Source: Folioceros fuciformis
Taxonomy: Eukaryota
Direction: 5' to 3'
NCBI GenBank assembly: GCA_049999805.1
Contig: JBNGIO010005431.1
Span: 1-33,360, forward strand
Length of the DNA: 33,360 bases
Below, piece by piece: positions 10,766 through 21,404 of this stretch. Both the position numbers and the translations under genes were made by a program. Below the pieces are notes generated by a model. The model worked only from the letters and a program-made list of their open reading frames with translations, did no database searches and had not been told where the DNA came from. Each line of letters starts with the position of its first letter. Positions within the stretch are counted from its first letter, which is position 1.

Positions 10766-12238
10766 CAAGGCTAACTGTTGCTTTGACAACCAATATGGAT
10801 GGTAGTTATAAATTACTACCCTTTGTGATCAACAAATTCTTGAGGCCCAGAGCTTTTACTAGTTGCAGCATTGGATGAGTGGAGAATTTGGGTATTCATT
10901 GGTTAGCAAATTCAAATGCTTGGATGTTGGTGCCTTTATTTGATGATTCTCTTTTTTGATGCGAACATGAAAGTTAGGGGCCGTACTAATGTCTTGCTTT
11001 TTTTGGATAATGCTCCTGATCATAAACTATTAGCTGAGACACAAAGTAGGCTGCAAATTACAAGGGTTGAATTTTTTCCTCATAATGTTATAGCTCGTTA
11101 CCAACCCATGGATACAGGCATTATACAGTCTTTTAAGGCCAATTACAGGAAAAGGCTTGTCCAACATCAAATCCAAGAGATTCAAAATCATAATTCTCCT
11201 CTTATTGATGTATATCATGTTATGACTATGTGGGAAAAAGCTTAGAATATCGATGTTAAAGGGAAAATCAGTAGAAATTATTGGAAACACTCTAGGTTAT
11301 GCTAGGAGAGAGCAAGTGCTAACGTATCAGATATAGACTTGAATCAACTTAGTTTTGAGACATGGAATGCTAACAGTGATGATGAGCAAAAGCAAGGCAA
11401 CCAAGCAACATGTGAAGATTTGTTCAATGGAGATTACATAGAGATAGAAATGCTTCTTTGTCAGCTGAGGGATTTGGGGCTTGAAACAACAGGATTGACC
11501 TTACTATGTCTGCACAAGAATTTGTTGATTATGAGGCGACAAATGCATGTGCTATCTTTTGTACTTCGGATGTAGATGATATATGGGATTCTGTTCAACN
11601 NNNNNNNNNNNNNNNNNNNNNNNNNNNNNNNNNNNNNNNNNNNNNNNNNNNNNNNNNNNNNNNNNNNNNNNNNNNNNNNNNNNNNNNNNNNNNNNNNNNA
11701 TGGGATTCTGTTCAACCTTTACCCGAAAATGAAGTTGTCGATGTTGAAATTCTTTTGAAGAATATTATTAAGAAAAGCCTATTTTAGGTCGTGCTCAAGT
11801 AGAAGATGCACATGGGTGATATGCATATCAGTGGAGCAACAACCAGGAATTAGCAACAAATTGAGAAAGAAATTTTAGAGTAAGTTAGATCCTCTTTGAA
11901 ACAAGTAGAAATAACCTGTTTTTTAAGCCATTTTGAAGTTCATTTCTTATTTTATTTCTTATAAATTTATAATATTATTAATCATATAATATTTATATTA
12001 TATATTGAATAAAATGTAAAATAAATAAACAACAATCTATAATATATTTCATGTTTTAAATATTTTTAATAAATTTAAATATTTTATTTTTGATAAATAC
12101 TTAAATTCTCCAATTGTGACACCTCCTTATATGTTACCCAATGCCCTGCTCCCAACAGGTAACATTTAGGGAGGGTGGACTTTATGTATCGAGTCGCCGC
12201 ACAGTCCTCGAGGTGGATTCCAGCTAGCAGGATGGGCA

Positions 12239-14285
12239 GTGGCGGCTTCCATCGAAGCGTTAGGGGCCTATGCTTCTCGCTCAGGGTTAGGTTCTTCGGC
12301 CGGGGCTGGTGCAATAGGAATGCCAACCCGCAGGACTGGGAATGTAACGGAGTACGCTAGGGTAGCGGCAGGCAGGAATTCTCTTACTGCGAGCTCGGGG
12401 ATCAGGATTGGTAGCAGATGGACGAGGCGTGGAGAAATATCTCCTCGTGTAATGGACGGGTCACTGCTTTGGGGAGATCGTGGTAAGAGTGCCAGTAAAG
12501 GGCTTCCCGGTAGATATCCGGCTGAGGAGTTCGCACAAATGAGGAGGAGGCGGGTGAGCATGGTGAGTGCTGCTGTCATAGACGGGACGCAAGCGGAACG
12601 CGCTTACTTGCAAGACCATGTCGGCCCGAATGCGGTAGTGCTGGAAGCACAAGCACGGGTGCGCACCGGTCCCTTAGAGACCAGGCCACTCACGGAGGAA
12701 AGCGCACGGAGTGTTCTTCTTACCATTGTACGTTCAGGTGAGTGTCTGCTGTGACAGCAGGTGTTAGGTGATATCTTCGTTTGGTTCTTGGTCAGGGAAC
12801 GTGGTCCAGTGCGTGTCGCAAGAGGTTTCTCGTGTCTGACGTTGCCTGGGGCAGCCGTACTTTTCCTTGTGTTTTATCGGGAACTGGAAGAAGACCGGTC
12901 GTGTTCCTGTTTTGCATCTGGATTTCTTCACGTTGTAAAAGGAATTCGGTCACTCCTCTTCATGGCATGCCCGTGTGTTTGTGTGCGGTGAATGGGGAGC
13001 TTGAAGAATCGGGCTGTGTACAGTCTTCGTAGCTAGAATGTGCGTAGAGCAGCCCGCGGCGCTTTGCAGCTTGTCCGCACAAGCTGAAGGCACCCCTTTC
13101 TATTGACTATGGACTGGCTCATCTACGGGGCCTGGCAAATCTACGGGGCCTGGCAATTAGAATGTGAGGTGACGTGTATGTCATGGTGGCTGCGGATGAG
13201 GCTCTCTGTAGGTCTGTCCACTGACATTTGGGTTTTGGCTGGCAGGGACCTTGCAAAACGTCCACCCTCTGACTCACTATGGGGAGCCCGACGATGGAAA
13301 CACTCGCTTGTTTTCCGGAGCATTCTCCGGACAAAATTGTGCGAGAAGCTCAGGCATTTCTATCACCCCAACCAGGATGGGGGAGTAGGGTTGGCATTCT
13401 TGAGCGAAGGAGATGTTCGACCATCTCTGCGAGTCTCTTTCTCGTTATGTTCTCTGCAACAGGGCTACTACGAGCCTGGGCACTTAGCGTAGGCGTTGTG
13501 TCATTCCCCAGATGTGCTGGCTCTTGCTTGAAGGTACTCGTCTGTGTTTGAACCTGTGGATACTTACTATTTTAAGATATTGCACGCGTCGCTTAACATT
13601 TGGCTTGTAGATACTCTGCGTGATTTGCGATAAAGAAGAGACCACCCATCGCAACGGCAGACTAAGTCCAGCAGTTCATCCGGGTAAGTTTACCTTCGTT
13701 CCGTCAGTGGGGTCGTATAGTTTCTGAAACTCGCTGAACATGCCAACGACTGGCCTACCACGGATTGTTGTTTAGGGTGTTGATGGACAGTCAATCATGG
13801 CTGGATTTTATCATGAAGGATACGAAGAACCTTTGCTTATGCGTATTCGACAACTGTGCCAGGATGTCATTGAAAGAGATGCCATTGACTTGACTTTCGA
13901 ACTCAGGCAGGAGAGGGGGGTCTGTTATTGACAACAAAGGGGCGCCCTCCAGATGCGGGCATTATGGGTCGACCAGTGAACCTCTGTGCTAGATTCCGCA
14001 CCTCCACTGATCCAGACGTGAAGGAAGACTTGGGTGGTATTGTGTATGGTTCGCGTGATTCTTTGGCAAAATGGCACCGGATATTTGAATAACTGAAACC
14101 TCTCTCAGACTTCAGGCATTCTACGTGAGACCTTCGGCCTCGACCTTCATGCACAAGACGATGGTTTCCAGTCGACACCAGCAGGCTTAGGGGTTAGGGT
14201 CTAAATGCTAGCATTGATACTCTCAACGATTATATCAATGCTTTTAGGGTTGGTGCCAGCCATATTCACGCTGGATTGTCGCCTA
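12239..14285 (+). pseudogene. Pseudogene of plastid anthranilate phosphoribosyltransferase-like protein (glycosyl transferase family 3, TrpD2-like; At1g70570-type from memory)
   Basis: A transit-peptide-like N-terminus is followed by colinear fragments: VLEAQARVRTGPLETRPLTEE..TIVRS (donor GTGAGT at 12738), NGELEESGCVQSS*L (~12990), LTHYGEPDDGNTR (~13270), GLAFLSEGDVRPSL, IKKRPPIATAD*VQQFIR (~13630), AGFYHEGYEEPLLM (~13800), GEGGLLLTTK..PVNLCARFR (~13910), GILRETFGLDLHAQDDGFQ (~14115). Lesions: GTG at the expected start, in-frame stops, damaged splice sites and missing coding blocks. Confidence 0.8.
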
Positions 14286-15621
14286 CAGGAACTGCGGCCC
14301 GCTCCGGCTCCCATCGGGAGGTCCCGCACAGCTGCTGGATAGCTCATTCACGGTGAACTCGTTATCCAACCCCAGTGGCTTGGGGCAGGATCGATTAGCC
14401 CCCCTGTACGACTACTCCTTGATTTTGAGCTTGTTCGTCTACGACATTCGACCATCTGGGATTCAGCAGTTACGTCGAAAGCCTGGTCTGCCAGCCAGCA
14501 AGCCTTACCAGGTGGAAAATGGACAACAACCGACCGATAGTATCCGCCGACTGGACTTTGAGGCTCACACTGCTGACCTTCTTGTGGAGAAATTGCAGCA
14601 TTCCTGAAGAAGCCGATCCCTCCACATCGGGGACACTGGAAGCCAAGAGCAAAGCGCAGCGACGAAGAGCGAAACACCGAGGCAGTTTTGACGTCAAAAA
14701 TTAGAAGGCATCGCTGAATCAGAGAAACCCGGTTCCATGTGTGATAGGGGAATCAAAAGGTGGCACGGAGGGAAAGTTCCCAGAGTCATTTACCTACACC
14801 AGTAGATACTAGCTACGGGAATTGTAAGGCGGCACGGAGTGAAAGTATCCAGAGTCATCCACCTACACAAGCAGAAACTACCTAGCATCGTCGTGCTTCG
14901 ATTGTGCACGTAAACCCCGATATAGTTCGCGCACTGTGCCTTACAGGGACTCTTTGGAGAGAAGTCTCGTTGGACGGTCCTAGCGCTGTGCAAGGAAAGA
15001 GATTCCTTAACAGCTTGTTGCGTCAGCAGCTGTTACGTGGGCCCAGTTAGGTCAAGCATCGAGAGGCGAGCGCGTTCCTGCCGTCCTATACATAGATCGC
15101 GGGCGTAACATTGGGACTTCAGCCCAATTCGAGACCACGACTCGGCATGTCCGTGATTCTGCTACCTCTCCTCCAGATTGAGGTGGAAATTTTCATCTGG
15201 CAGCGGGGGAAAGAGGAAATTGTTTTTGCCTGTCCTGCTGCGTTTTTGCGCGGCGCGGGGTAGATCTCATGGCAAGCTCGAGGGTGCGCTAACAAGTTCT
15301 TGCTTGCTCTGCGAACGCTCGTCCTTTGGGAGAGATCTGCGTCGCTTTTGCGTTGTCACGCTCGGGTCTCAGGTTTCTGTCGTTGAACTTGTGCACCTCT
15401 CGATCGCGATTGAGCGTGTGCTTGGAAGTGGTTTTGATGTTTGTGCGGTGAGGTTTTGGTTGCTTGGAGATGGAATTCGGGTGCAGGGCAAATGAGTGAG
15501 TAATACGTGCCTGTTGGCTGCTGTGTTGTAGGTTTTGTTTCTGAGAAAGGGTGTGCATGGATTTGTGATCAGGGGCGACGCAGGAGAGGAACGGGGGGAG
15601 TGAGGCAGAGATTTGGTAGCG

Positions 15622-16947
15622 ATGGCAGGAAAGAAGCCTACGCAGGCCTTGTCGTCCAGTCCCGGGGCAGGGAACGGGGAGGAGGAGTCGGTGTCGGGGA
15701 ACGGGGATGCAGGGCACATAGGGAGGGGAGCTGTGGAGATGTTGAGCAAGAAGGCGCAGAAGGCGTTGACGTTGGAGAAGAGGCATATGTTTTGGGAGAC
15801 TCAGCCTGTTGGACAGTATAAGGACATAGCGAAGACGGAACTGTCCGAGGGGCCTATTGAGCCTCCGCAGGATGTGTCGGAGGTGCGGCAGGAGCCCTAC
15901 AATCTTCCCAGCAAGTACGAGTGGTGCACTTGCGACATTTCGGATGATGGCACTGTGAAGGAGATCTACACTCTGCTGACGAATAACTATGTGGAGGATG
16001 ATGACAACATGTTCAGATTTGATTATTCCGTGGATTTCCTGCGCTGGGCGCTGAGACCACCCGGTTACTTCGCCAACTGGCACATAGGGGTTAGGGCCAA
16101 GGGGTCTAAGAAGCTGGTTGCGTTTATCACAGGCATTCCGGCTCATATCCGGATTCGGGACGTGGTGGTGTTGATGGCGGAGATCAACTTTCTGTGCGTG
16201 CACAAGAAGCTGAGATCAAAAAGGTTGGCTCCTGTGTTGATTAAGGAAGTAACCAGGAGAGTGCATTTAGAGAATATATGGCAGGCTGCCTACACGGCTG
16301 GAGTTGTGCTGCCCACCCCGATTGCCACCTGCCAGTACTGGCACAGGTCTTTGAATCCTAAGAAGCTGATTGATGTTGGGTTTTCGAGGCTGGCCCCAAG
16401 GATGACGATGAGTAGAACCATCAAGTTGTATCGCCTGCTAGAGACCACGGCCACCCCAGGGTTCCGGGCTATGGAGAGGAAAGATGTCGCAGGGGTCACG
16501 AAGCTTCTGCAGGATTATCTGGGCCGTTTTATAGTTGCACCTTCCTTTTCCAAGGATGATGTTGAATACTGGCTTCTTCCGGTGGAAAATGTCGTGAACA
16601 GCTATGTTGTGGAGAACCCTCAGACCCATGAGCTCACGGACTTCTGCAGTTTCTACACTTTGCCCTCTACGATCATAGGCAACGAGAACTACTCAGCATT
16701 GAAGGCAGCTTACTCCTATTACAATGTTGCCACAGTCACGCCGCTTCTGCAACTGATGAATGATGCCCTGATCATGGCTAAACGGCTCGACTATGATGTT
16801 TTCAATGCCCTTGACATCATGCACAATGAGACATTCTTGAAGGAGTTGAAGTTTGGGCCTGGGGATGGTCACCTTCACTACTATCTGTACAACTACCGTG
16901 TCAGGGGTCAAGTGAAGCCTACTGAATTAGGGCTGGTTCTCCTTTGA
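15622..16947 (+). CDS. NMT1: Glycylpeptide N-tetradecanoyltransferase (N-myristoyltransferase), 441 aa, intronless CDS
   Basis: FWETQPV, LTNNYVEDDDNMFRFDYS, EINFLCVHKKLRSKRLAPVLIKE, KFGPGDGHLHYYLYNY and C-terminal GLVLL are NMT signatures. First in-frame ATG at 15622. Confidence 0.98.
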   Translation: MAGKKPTQALSSSPGAGNGEEESVSGNGDAGHIGRGAVEMLSKKAQKALTLEKRHMFWETQPVGQYKDIAKTELSEGPIEPPQDVSEVRQEPYNLPSKYEWCTCDISDDGTVKEIYTLLTNNYVEDDDNMFRFDYSVDFLRWALRPPGYFANWHIGVRAKGSKKLVAFITGIPAHIRIRDVVVLMAEINFLCVHKKLRSKRLAPVLIKEVTRRVHLENIWQAAYTAGVVLPTPIATCQYWHRSLNPKKLIDVGFSRLAPRMTMSRTIKLYRLLETTATPGFRAMERKDVAGVTKLLQDYLGRFIVAPSFSKDDVEYWLLPVENVVNSYVVENPQTHELTDFCSFYTLPSTIIGNENYSALKAAYSYYNVATVTPLLQLMNDALIMAKRLDYDVFNALDIMHNETFLKELKFGPGDGHLHYYLYNYRVRGQVKPTELGLVLL

Positions 16948-17835
16948 GGGGTGAAGATGTCTTTGTTACCACACAGGTTTACCCTTCCCCGTTGGTGGAT
17001 TTGAGAAGATGTGTAAGAACTCTTGTTCGGGTCCCTTGTGTTGTTAGGAAAATGAGGAGTTCAGATTCCACATGTGGGAACGATACCTTTGTGCCCATGG
17101 GTTCGCGCCATGAGCAGCGTGACTCATGTGGTGGGCTGGTCAGTCAGGGTGACAACCTCTGCCGGAGCGTACATACTCAACTCTTGGTAGGGAGAGGGGT
17201 TGTGGAATGAAGCACGTCCTCCAAAATAAGGGACCTGAGTCGAGGTTGTTTGGAGATCGGAATTGCCGACCCTTGACGGGCTGAAAGATACGGTCAGCAT
17301 CGTGGCTGTCGTTGAAATGATAGCACGGCAAAATACCTGGTTATGTTCCTTTTATCAGGGACAGAGTGACGTACCTACCCGAGATCTTGGACTCGTATTT
17401 GTGTGGTGCATGGCGCTGCTCCAAGTGAGTTGCTGCTGTATGCCCTTCGGTTTCTTATTTGAATGCGTCAGTTCCTGACTTGCTTTGGAACTATTGACCC
17501 ACTCACGTGTAGACACAGAGGATTTAGGCTGGGTGTCCTATTCCTCGATTGGACTCAGGTTGTCCCTTGATCACGGCTACATGTGAAGGAACCACTAAGA
17601 ATCCCATTAAGCGCCCTATTCGCCATTTCCATCAATACACGTGGCCAGACCAAGTCAATGTATCCACATCGTAAATCCCGTTCGGAAAGTGCGAATGGTT
17701 CCAATAGCCTGTCTTTAAGGAAGATAAAAGCGAGATCCAGGCACTCCAAAAAGTGATCACGGGAGAGTTCTCAAGCATTCTTGACAGAGATGAAAGTCCT
17801 TCTGTCTTTCAAGAATTCACCCGGGGAAGAACATA

Positions 17836-18609
17836 CTAGTGTTGCACCGGTTTCAAAGGATGAGCTCGCAGCGAGCTCAAATCTAAATTTGAGTCCAGCT
17901 CTTCGTCCAGCTCCCCGATGACTCCTCTGCATCCCACAAAACGTATTGCATTGGATCACATTCTCAAGGCAAGTGAAGCAACTGAAGCCGGTATCAACAA
18001 ACGGGAACAAAAGCTCACATGTTATCTCCACGGATGATGTAGAGACCTAGGACCAACTGCTGCACCCCATCCTGCGTTGGACCATACAACTTACATTAAC
18101 AAAGAAAAGGTCGCAAAAGTTCATCTCAAAACCTGGAGAGTTGAATTCTAAAGCTATCTTGTTCCTAATGCGGCACACTGACTAGAAACAGCTCAAAATC
18201 AGGTTGAAAACCCGAACCAGAAAACTCGAACCTTGGTGGAGTAAACCCGTTCATGAGACTCGTCCAGAATGAGATTTGTAGCTTGATCAAATCCTCTCAA
18301 GACTCCCTGCCACCACGACAAGTCCGGCGTAATTCCACAGGAACCGCACAGGTAACGCTCACATCACGATATCCAGCTTCGGTGAGAGGAAGACACAGAC
18401 CACAATATTGCGACCGTCGTTAGTGATGACGGATATCGTTTCTGCAGACGGACAGACGCACAGGTCAGTCCCGCTCTCCGTAATGGCCACAACCACACCT
18501 CCTCAATGCAACCGCAAAAAATTCTTTCAGCTCATAACTGGCATCAAGGCCTGAAAGTAGAGGGCAGGAACACACGATCAACAAGGTACTCCAATCCCGT
18601 GTTGGCCAT
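17836..18609 (-). CDS. LSM8: U6 snRNA-associated Sm-like protein LSm8, 97 aa, 5 exons
   Basis: Exons 18609-18576, 18441-18401, 18306-18232, 18071-18019 and 17926-17836; all introns GT-AG and phase-compatible. Protein: MANTGLEYLVDQTISVITNDGRNIVGVLRGFDQATNLILDESHERVYSTKDGVQQLVLGLYIIRGDNIGVIGELDEELDSNLDLSSLRAHPLKPVQH. Confidence 0.96.
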
Positions 18610-18988
18610 GCTGCCGCCTCCTTTTCCTGGCCCTACGGCAAACCTTGACTCGCAAAAACGCAATACAACCGACGCAAAAAAAGGAGATGACACCGCGCTT
18701 GCAAACCAAAGGAAAGTCTCCCAATGCATCAGGCTACGGCAGATGGCACGCAGGCCGTCAAGACGAAAATCAGCCGCTGCCCTGGCATCGCGTAATTTGA
18801 AACATATAAGTAAAGGTCGTCGCCATGACTCTGGGCTCCGTGTTCACTTGTTCACAACAAGCGCCAAGACCTAAAGCGCGCCATATGCCCCATACGTACA
18901 TAAATGCTGGAGCAATACGAGAGGAATTCGGGTTTCATCGTTATGTATTGAGACGCGTACAGCTGGATTTAGGTGGGGCGAGGCCGGG
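18610..18988. promoter_or_regulatory. Shared divergent promoter region of LSM8 and CSN3
   Basis: Only 379 bp lie between the two start codons, and this must hold both 5' UTRs and core promoters. Confidence 0.7.
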
Positions 18989-21378
18989 ATGATGGATTCT
19001 CTGGAGACCTTGGTTGCGCATGTGCAGGGGCTGTCTGGGAGCGGCGATGACATCACGCATCTCCAAGGCTTGCTGAAGCAGAGCGAGGAGGTGCTGCGAC
19101 AGCATGCTGCTCGTCTCGCCAACGCTCTGCATCAGTTGGACCCGGCCAAGCACTCCCTCGGATACCTCTACATCCTGTACGGATCTCCGAGGCAGCTCAA
19201 AACTTTTTTTTTCAGTGTTTAACTCCCTTGCTAACACGTAGCTGAATGCATTTCTCCTACGTGAGAACCTAGGGGTGGAAGTGAAAACCTTGGTGTTGTT
19301 GTCTGACGGGAGGTGATAGTAAGCGCGAAATTCTCGGGTGTTTGGGAAGATGTTGCCCCTGACCTGATTTGGGCTTTGTTGCTTGGTTCAGAGAAGCACA
19401 ACCAGCGTCGAATCTGTCGAGGGAGCAAGCAGAAGCCTTTCTGAACTGCACTGTGGGGTTTATTAACGTGTGCAGCGCAGAGCAGATACGGTTGGCTCCT
19501 GATAAGTGTAATGGCAATCTCTCTGCTTCTGGTGGTTGACGCTTTGAGATTGCTGACTGTGGCCTGTGCAGCTTGTCTTGAAGTCATGATTCTCGGTTTG
19601 TGCAGTCAACAGCTTGTGCAGAAAATTGAAGGACCTTGCCCTGCAGTTCCATGAGCCGGCTCGAGCAATCCTGCCTTTGAGAACAGCCGTCCTCAAGTTA
19701 CAGCCATCGTCTGAATTTCTGACACCTCTTCATGCCGAGTTCCTGCTTGTCTGTATACTTTCGAAATGCTACAAAGCGGGCCTTGCTCTTTTGGAGGATG
19801 ACATCTTTGAGATTGACCAGAAAAAGACGGGGCTTTTGCTCCGTGAATTTCTTTTGTACTGCTACTATGGGTACATTTCTCTAGTGACCTGCCTGTGCTC
19901 AAGGGTTTGTTTTTGCCAGACGCATGTAAGCTCGAGTCAGGCCATTTTCGTGCAGTCAATTCTGACTGTGGTTTTGTTGTTCCAGTGGAATGATCTATAT
20001 TGGTCTGAAGCGGTTTGGGAAGGCATTGGAATTCTTACAGCATGTACTTCCTTTATCCTTCAAGAGTGGGCTTAGATTGTCACTAGAGTGATGTTACATG
20101 GGTTTCTTTAAGGTAGATTTCAGTTTTAGGGTGATTCTCTGACCTGTTCGTCTTCCTTAAGTGGTACTCAGGCAATAACAGCTCCTGCAGTGAGCCTGAA
20201 CGCAATCACAATTGCAGCTTTCAAGAAGTTTGTGCTTGTTTGTCTCATCCAAAATGGGCAGGTAACGGCATTCTAAACATCTCTGTCATTGGAGTTTCTT
20301 GTGTGCGGGAAGCAGCAGGTCGTCTTTTCATGAATAACCAAGCTGCCCAATGAGTTTGCAGCTCCCACCCTTTCCAAAATACACACCTTCAGTTGTCCAA
20401 AGGAGCCTGAGATCTTATGCTCAGGTAAGACTTATCTTCTCAGTGGAAAGCTGCAACTCGTGCTGGACTGAGCTGTAATCACGTGAATGCTTGCTGGTTG
20501 CAGGAGTACGTGGATTTGGCGAACCTTTACACCAGCAGGAACATTGCAGATATCACGCGCTCTGTCTCCAACCACGAGGATGCTTTCAAAAAGGTGCATC
20601 TCATTCCTAGATGTGCTTGCTGCAAGGCTATTTACTTCCCGCAATAAAACTGTGTGTTTCAGAAACACCTTTTTGTTGACCTCAATGCCTTTCCTTTCAG
20701 GATAACAACTTGGGTCTGGCAAAGCAAGTAGTATCATCCATCTACAAGCGAAACATCCACCGCCTGACGCAGACGTACTTGACCTTGTCACTCCAAGACA
20801 TTGCGGACACTGTGCAGTTGGAAGGCCCAAGGGAAGCCGAGCTACATGTTCTGAGAATGGTGTGTTTCAACCCTTAACCCCAACATGGTGTCTCAAGTAT
20901 TCCATGTACTTGATGATAATGTAAAAGTCGTCCTCATCCATGGCAGATACAAGACGGAGATATCTTTGCCACCATCAATCAAAAAGACGGAATGGTGAGC
21001 TTCCTGGAGGACCCCGAACAATACAACACGGAGGGCATGACTGAACGACTCGACCTAGAGATCCACCAGTAACCTCCCCGAGCTTTAACTCTTGCATGCA
21101 ACTCTGCTCACTTCCGGCAATATTTCTTAGTGGAAGGAATTGTTTTGGCAGGGTTATTCGCCTAGCTAAGAAGCTGACATCCGTGGATGAGCAAATCTCT
21201 TGCGACCACGCTTACTTAAGCAAGGTAATCTCACGGGCTGGTAACGTTGCAACCCATTCTTGTATTCCTCTCTGACGACAATAATGTGGTCCCGGGCTTG
21301 ACTCAGATTGGGCAAAGCCGGACACGGTACGATCCAGAGGATTTCGAGCTTCCTCAGAAATTGTACCCCAATTTGTGA
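18989..21378 (+). CDS. CSN3: COP9 signalosome subunit 3 (PCI domain), 431 aa, 11 exons
   Basis: Exons 18989-19176, 19392-19507, 19606-19870, 19986-20043, 20172-20261, 20362-20424, 20504-20593, 20701-20859, 20947-21068, 21152-21224 and 21307-21378; all GT-AG, 1296 nt. Motifs: [73 protein letters not shown]. Confidence 0.96.
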
Positions 21379-21404
21379 TCGGGGCATCCTTTGTGTTTTT
21401 TTTT

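Larger units (their letters stand above)
7838..12182 (+). mobile_element. pogo/Tigger-like (Tc1/mariner superfamily) DNA transposon, degenerate, interrupted by copia 3
   Basis: N-terminal part 7838-8369: MP*ESSSKKKLSLT, TIGRIFK, HPKVEEALFSWF, FSHGWVTKFKYRHGI..HGEAASAD (CENP-B/Tc5 HTH). C-terminal part from ~10768: RLTVALTTNMDGSYKLLPFVINKFLRPRAF, LLFLDNAPDH, YQPMDTGIIQSFKANYR (DDE_1). Putative right terminus at ~12182 with an inverted subterminal motif, followed by TA. Confidence 0.9.

Noticed and set aside
11581..11720. Direct repeat ATGGGATTCTGTTCAAC flanking a 100-N gap
   Set aside because: Identical sequence on both sides of a scaffold gap is most simply an unmerged contig overlap.
13121..13156. 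18-bp perfect tandem duplication ATCTACGGGGCCTGGCAA
   Set aside because: Only two copies inside a decayed pseudogene; consistent with slippage or repair, with no sign of function.
15289..16203. 304-aa antisense ORF over NMT1
   Set aside because: Shadow ORF of a GC-rich CDS; non-ATG start and no recognisable motif.
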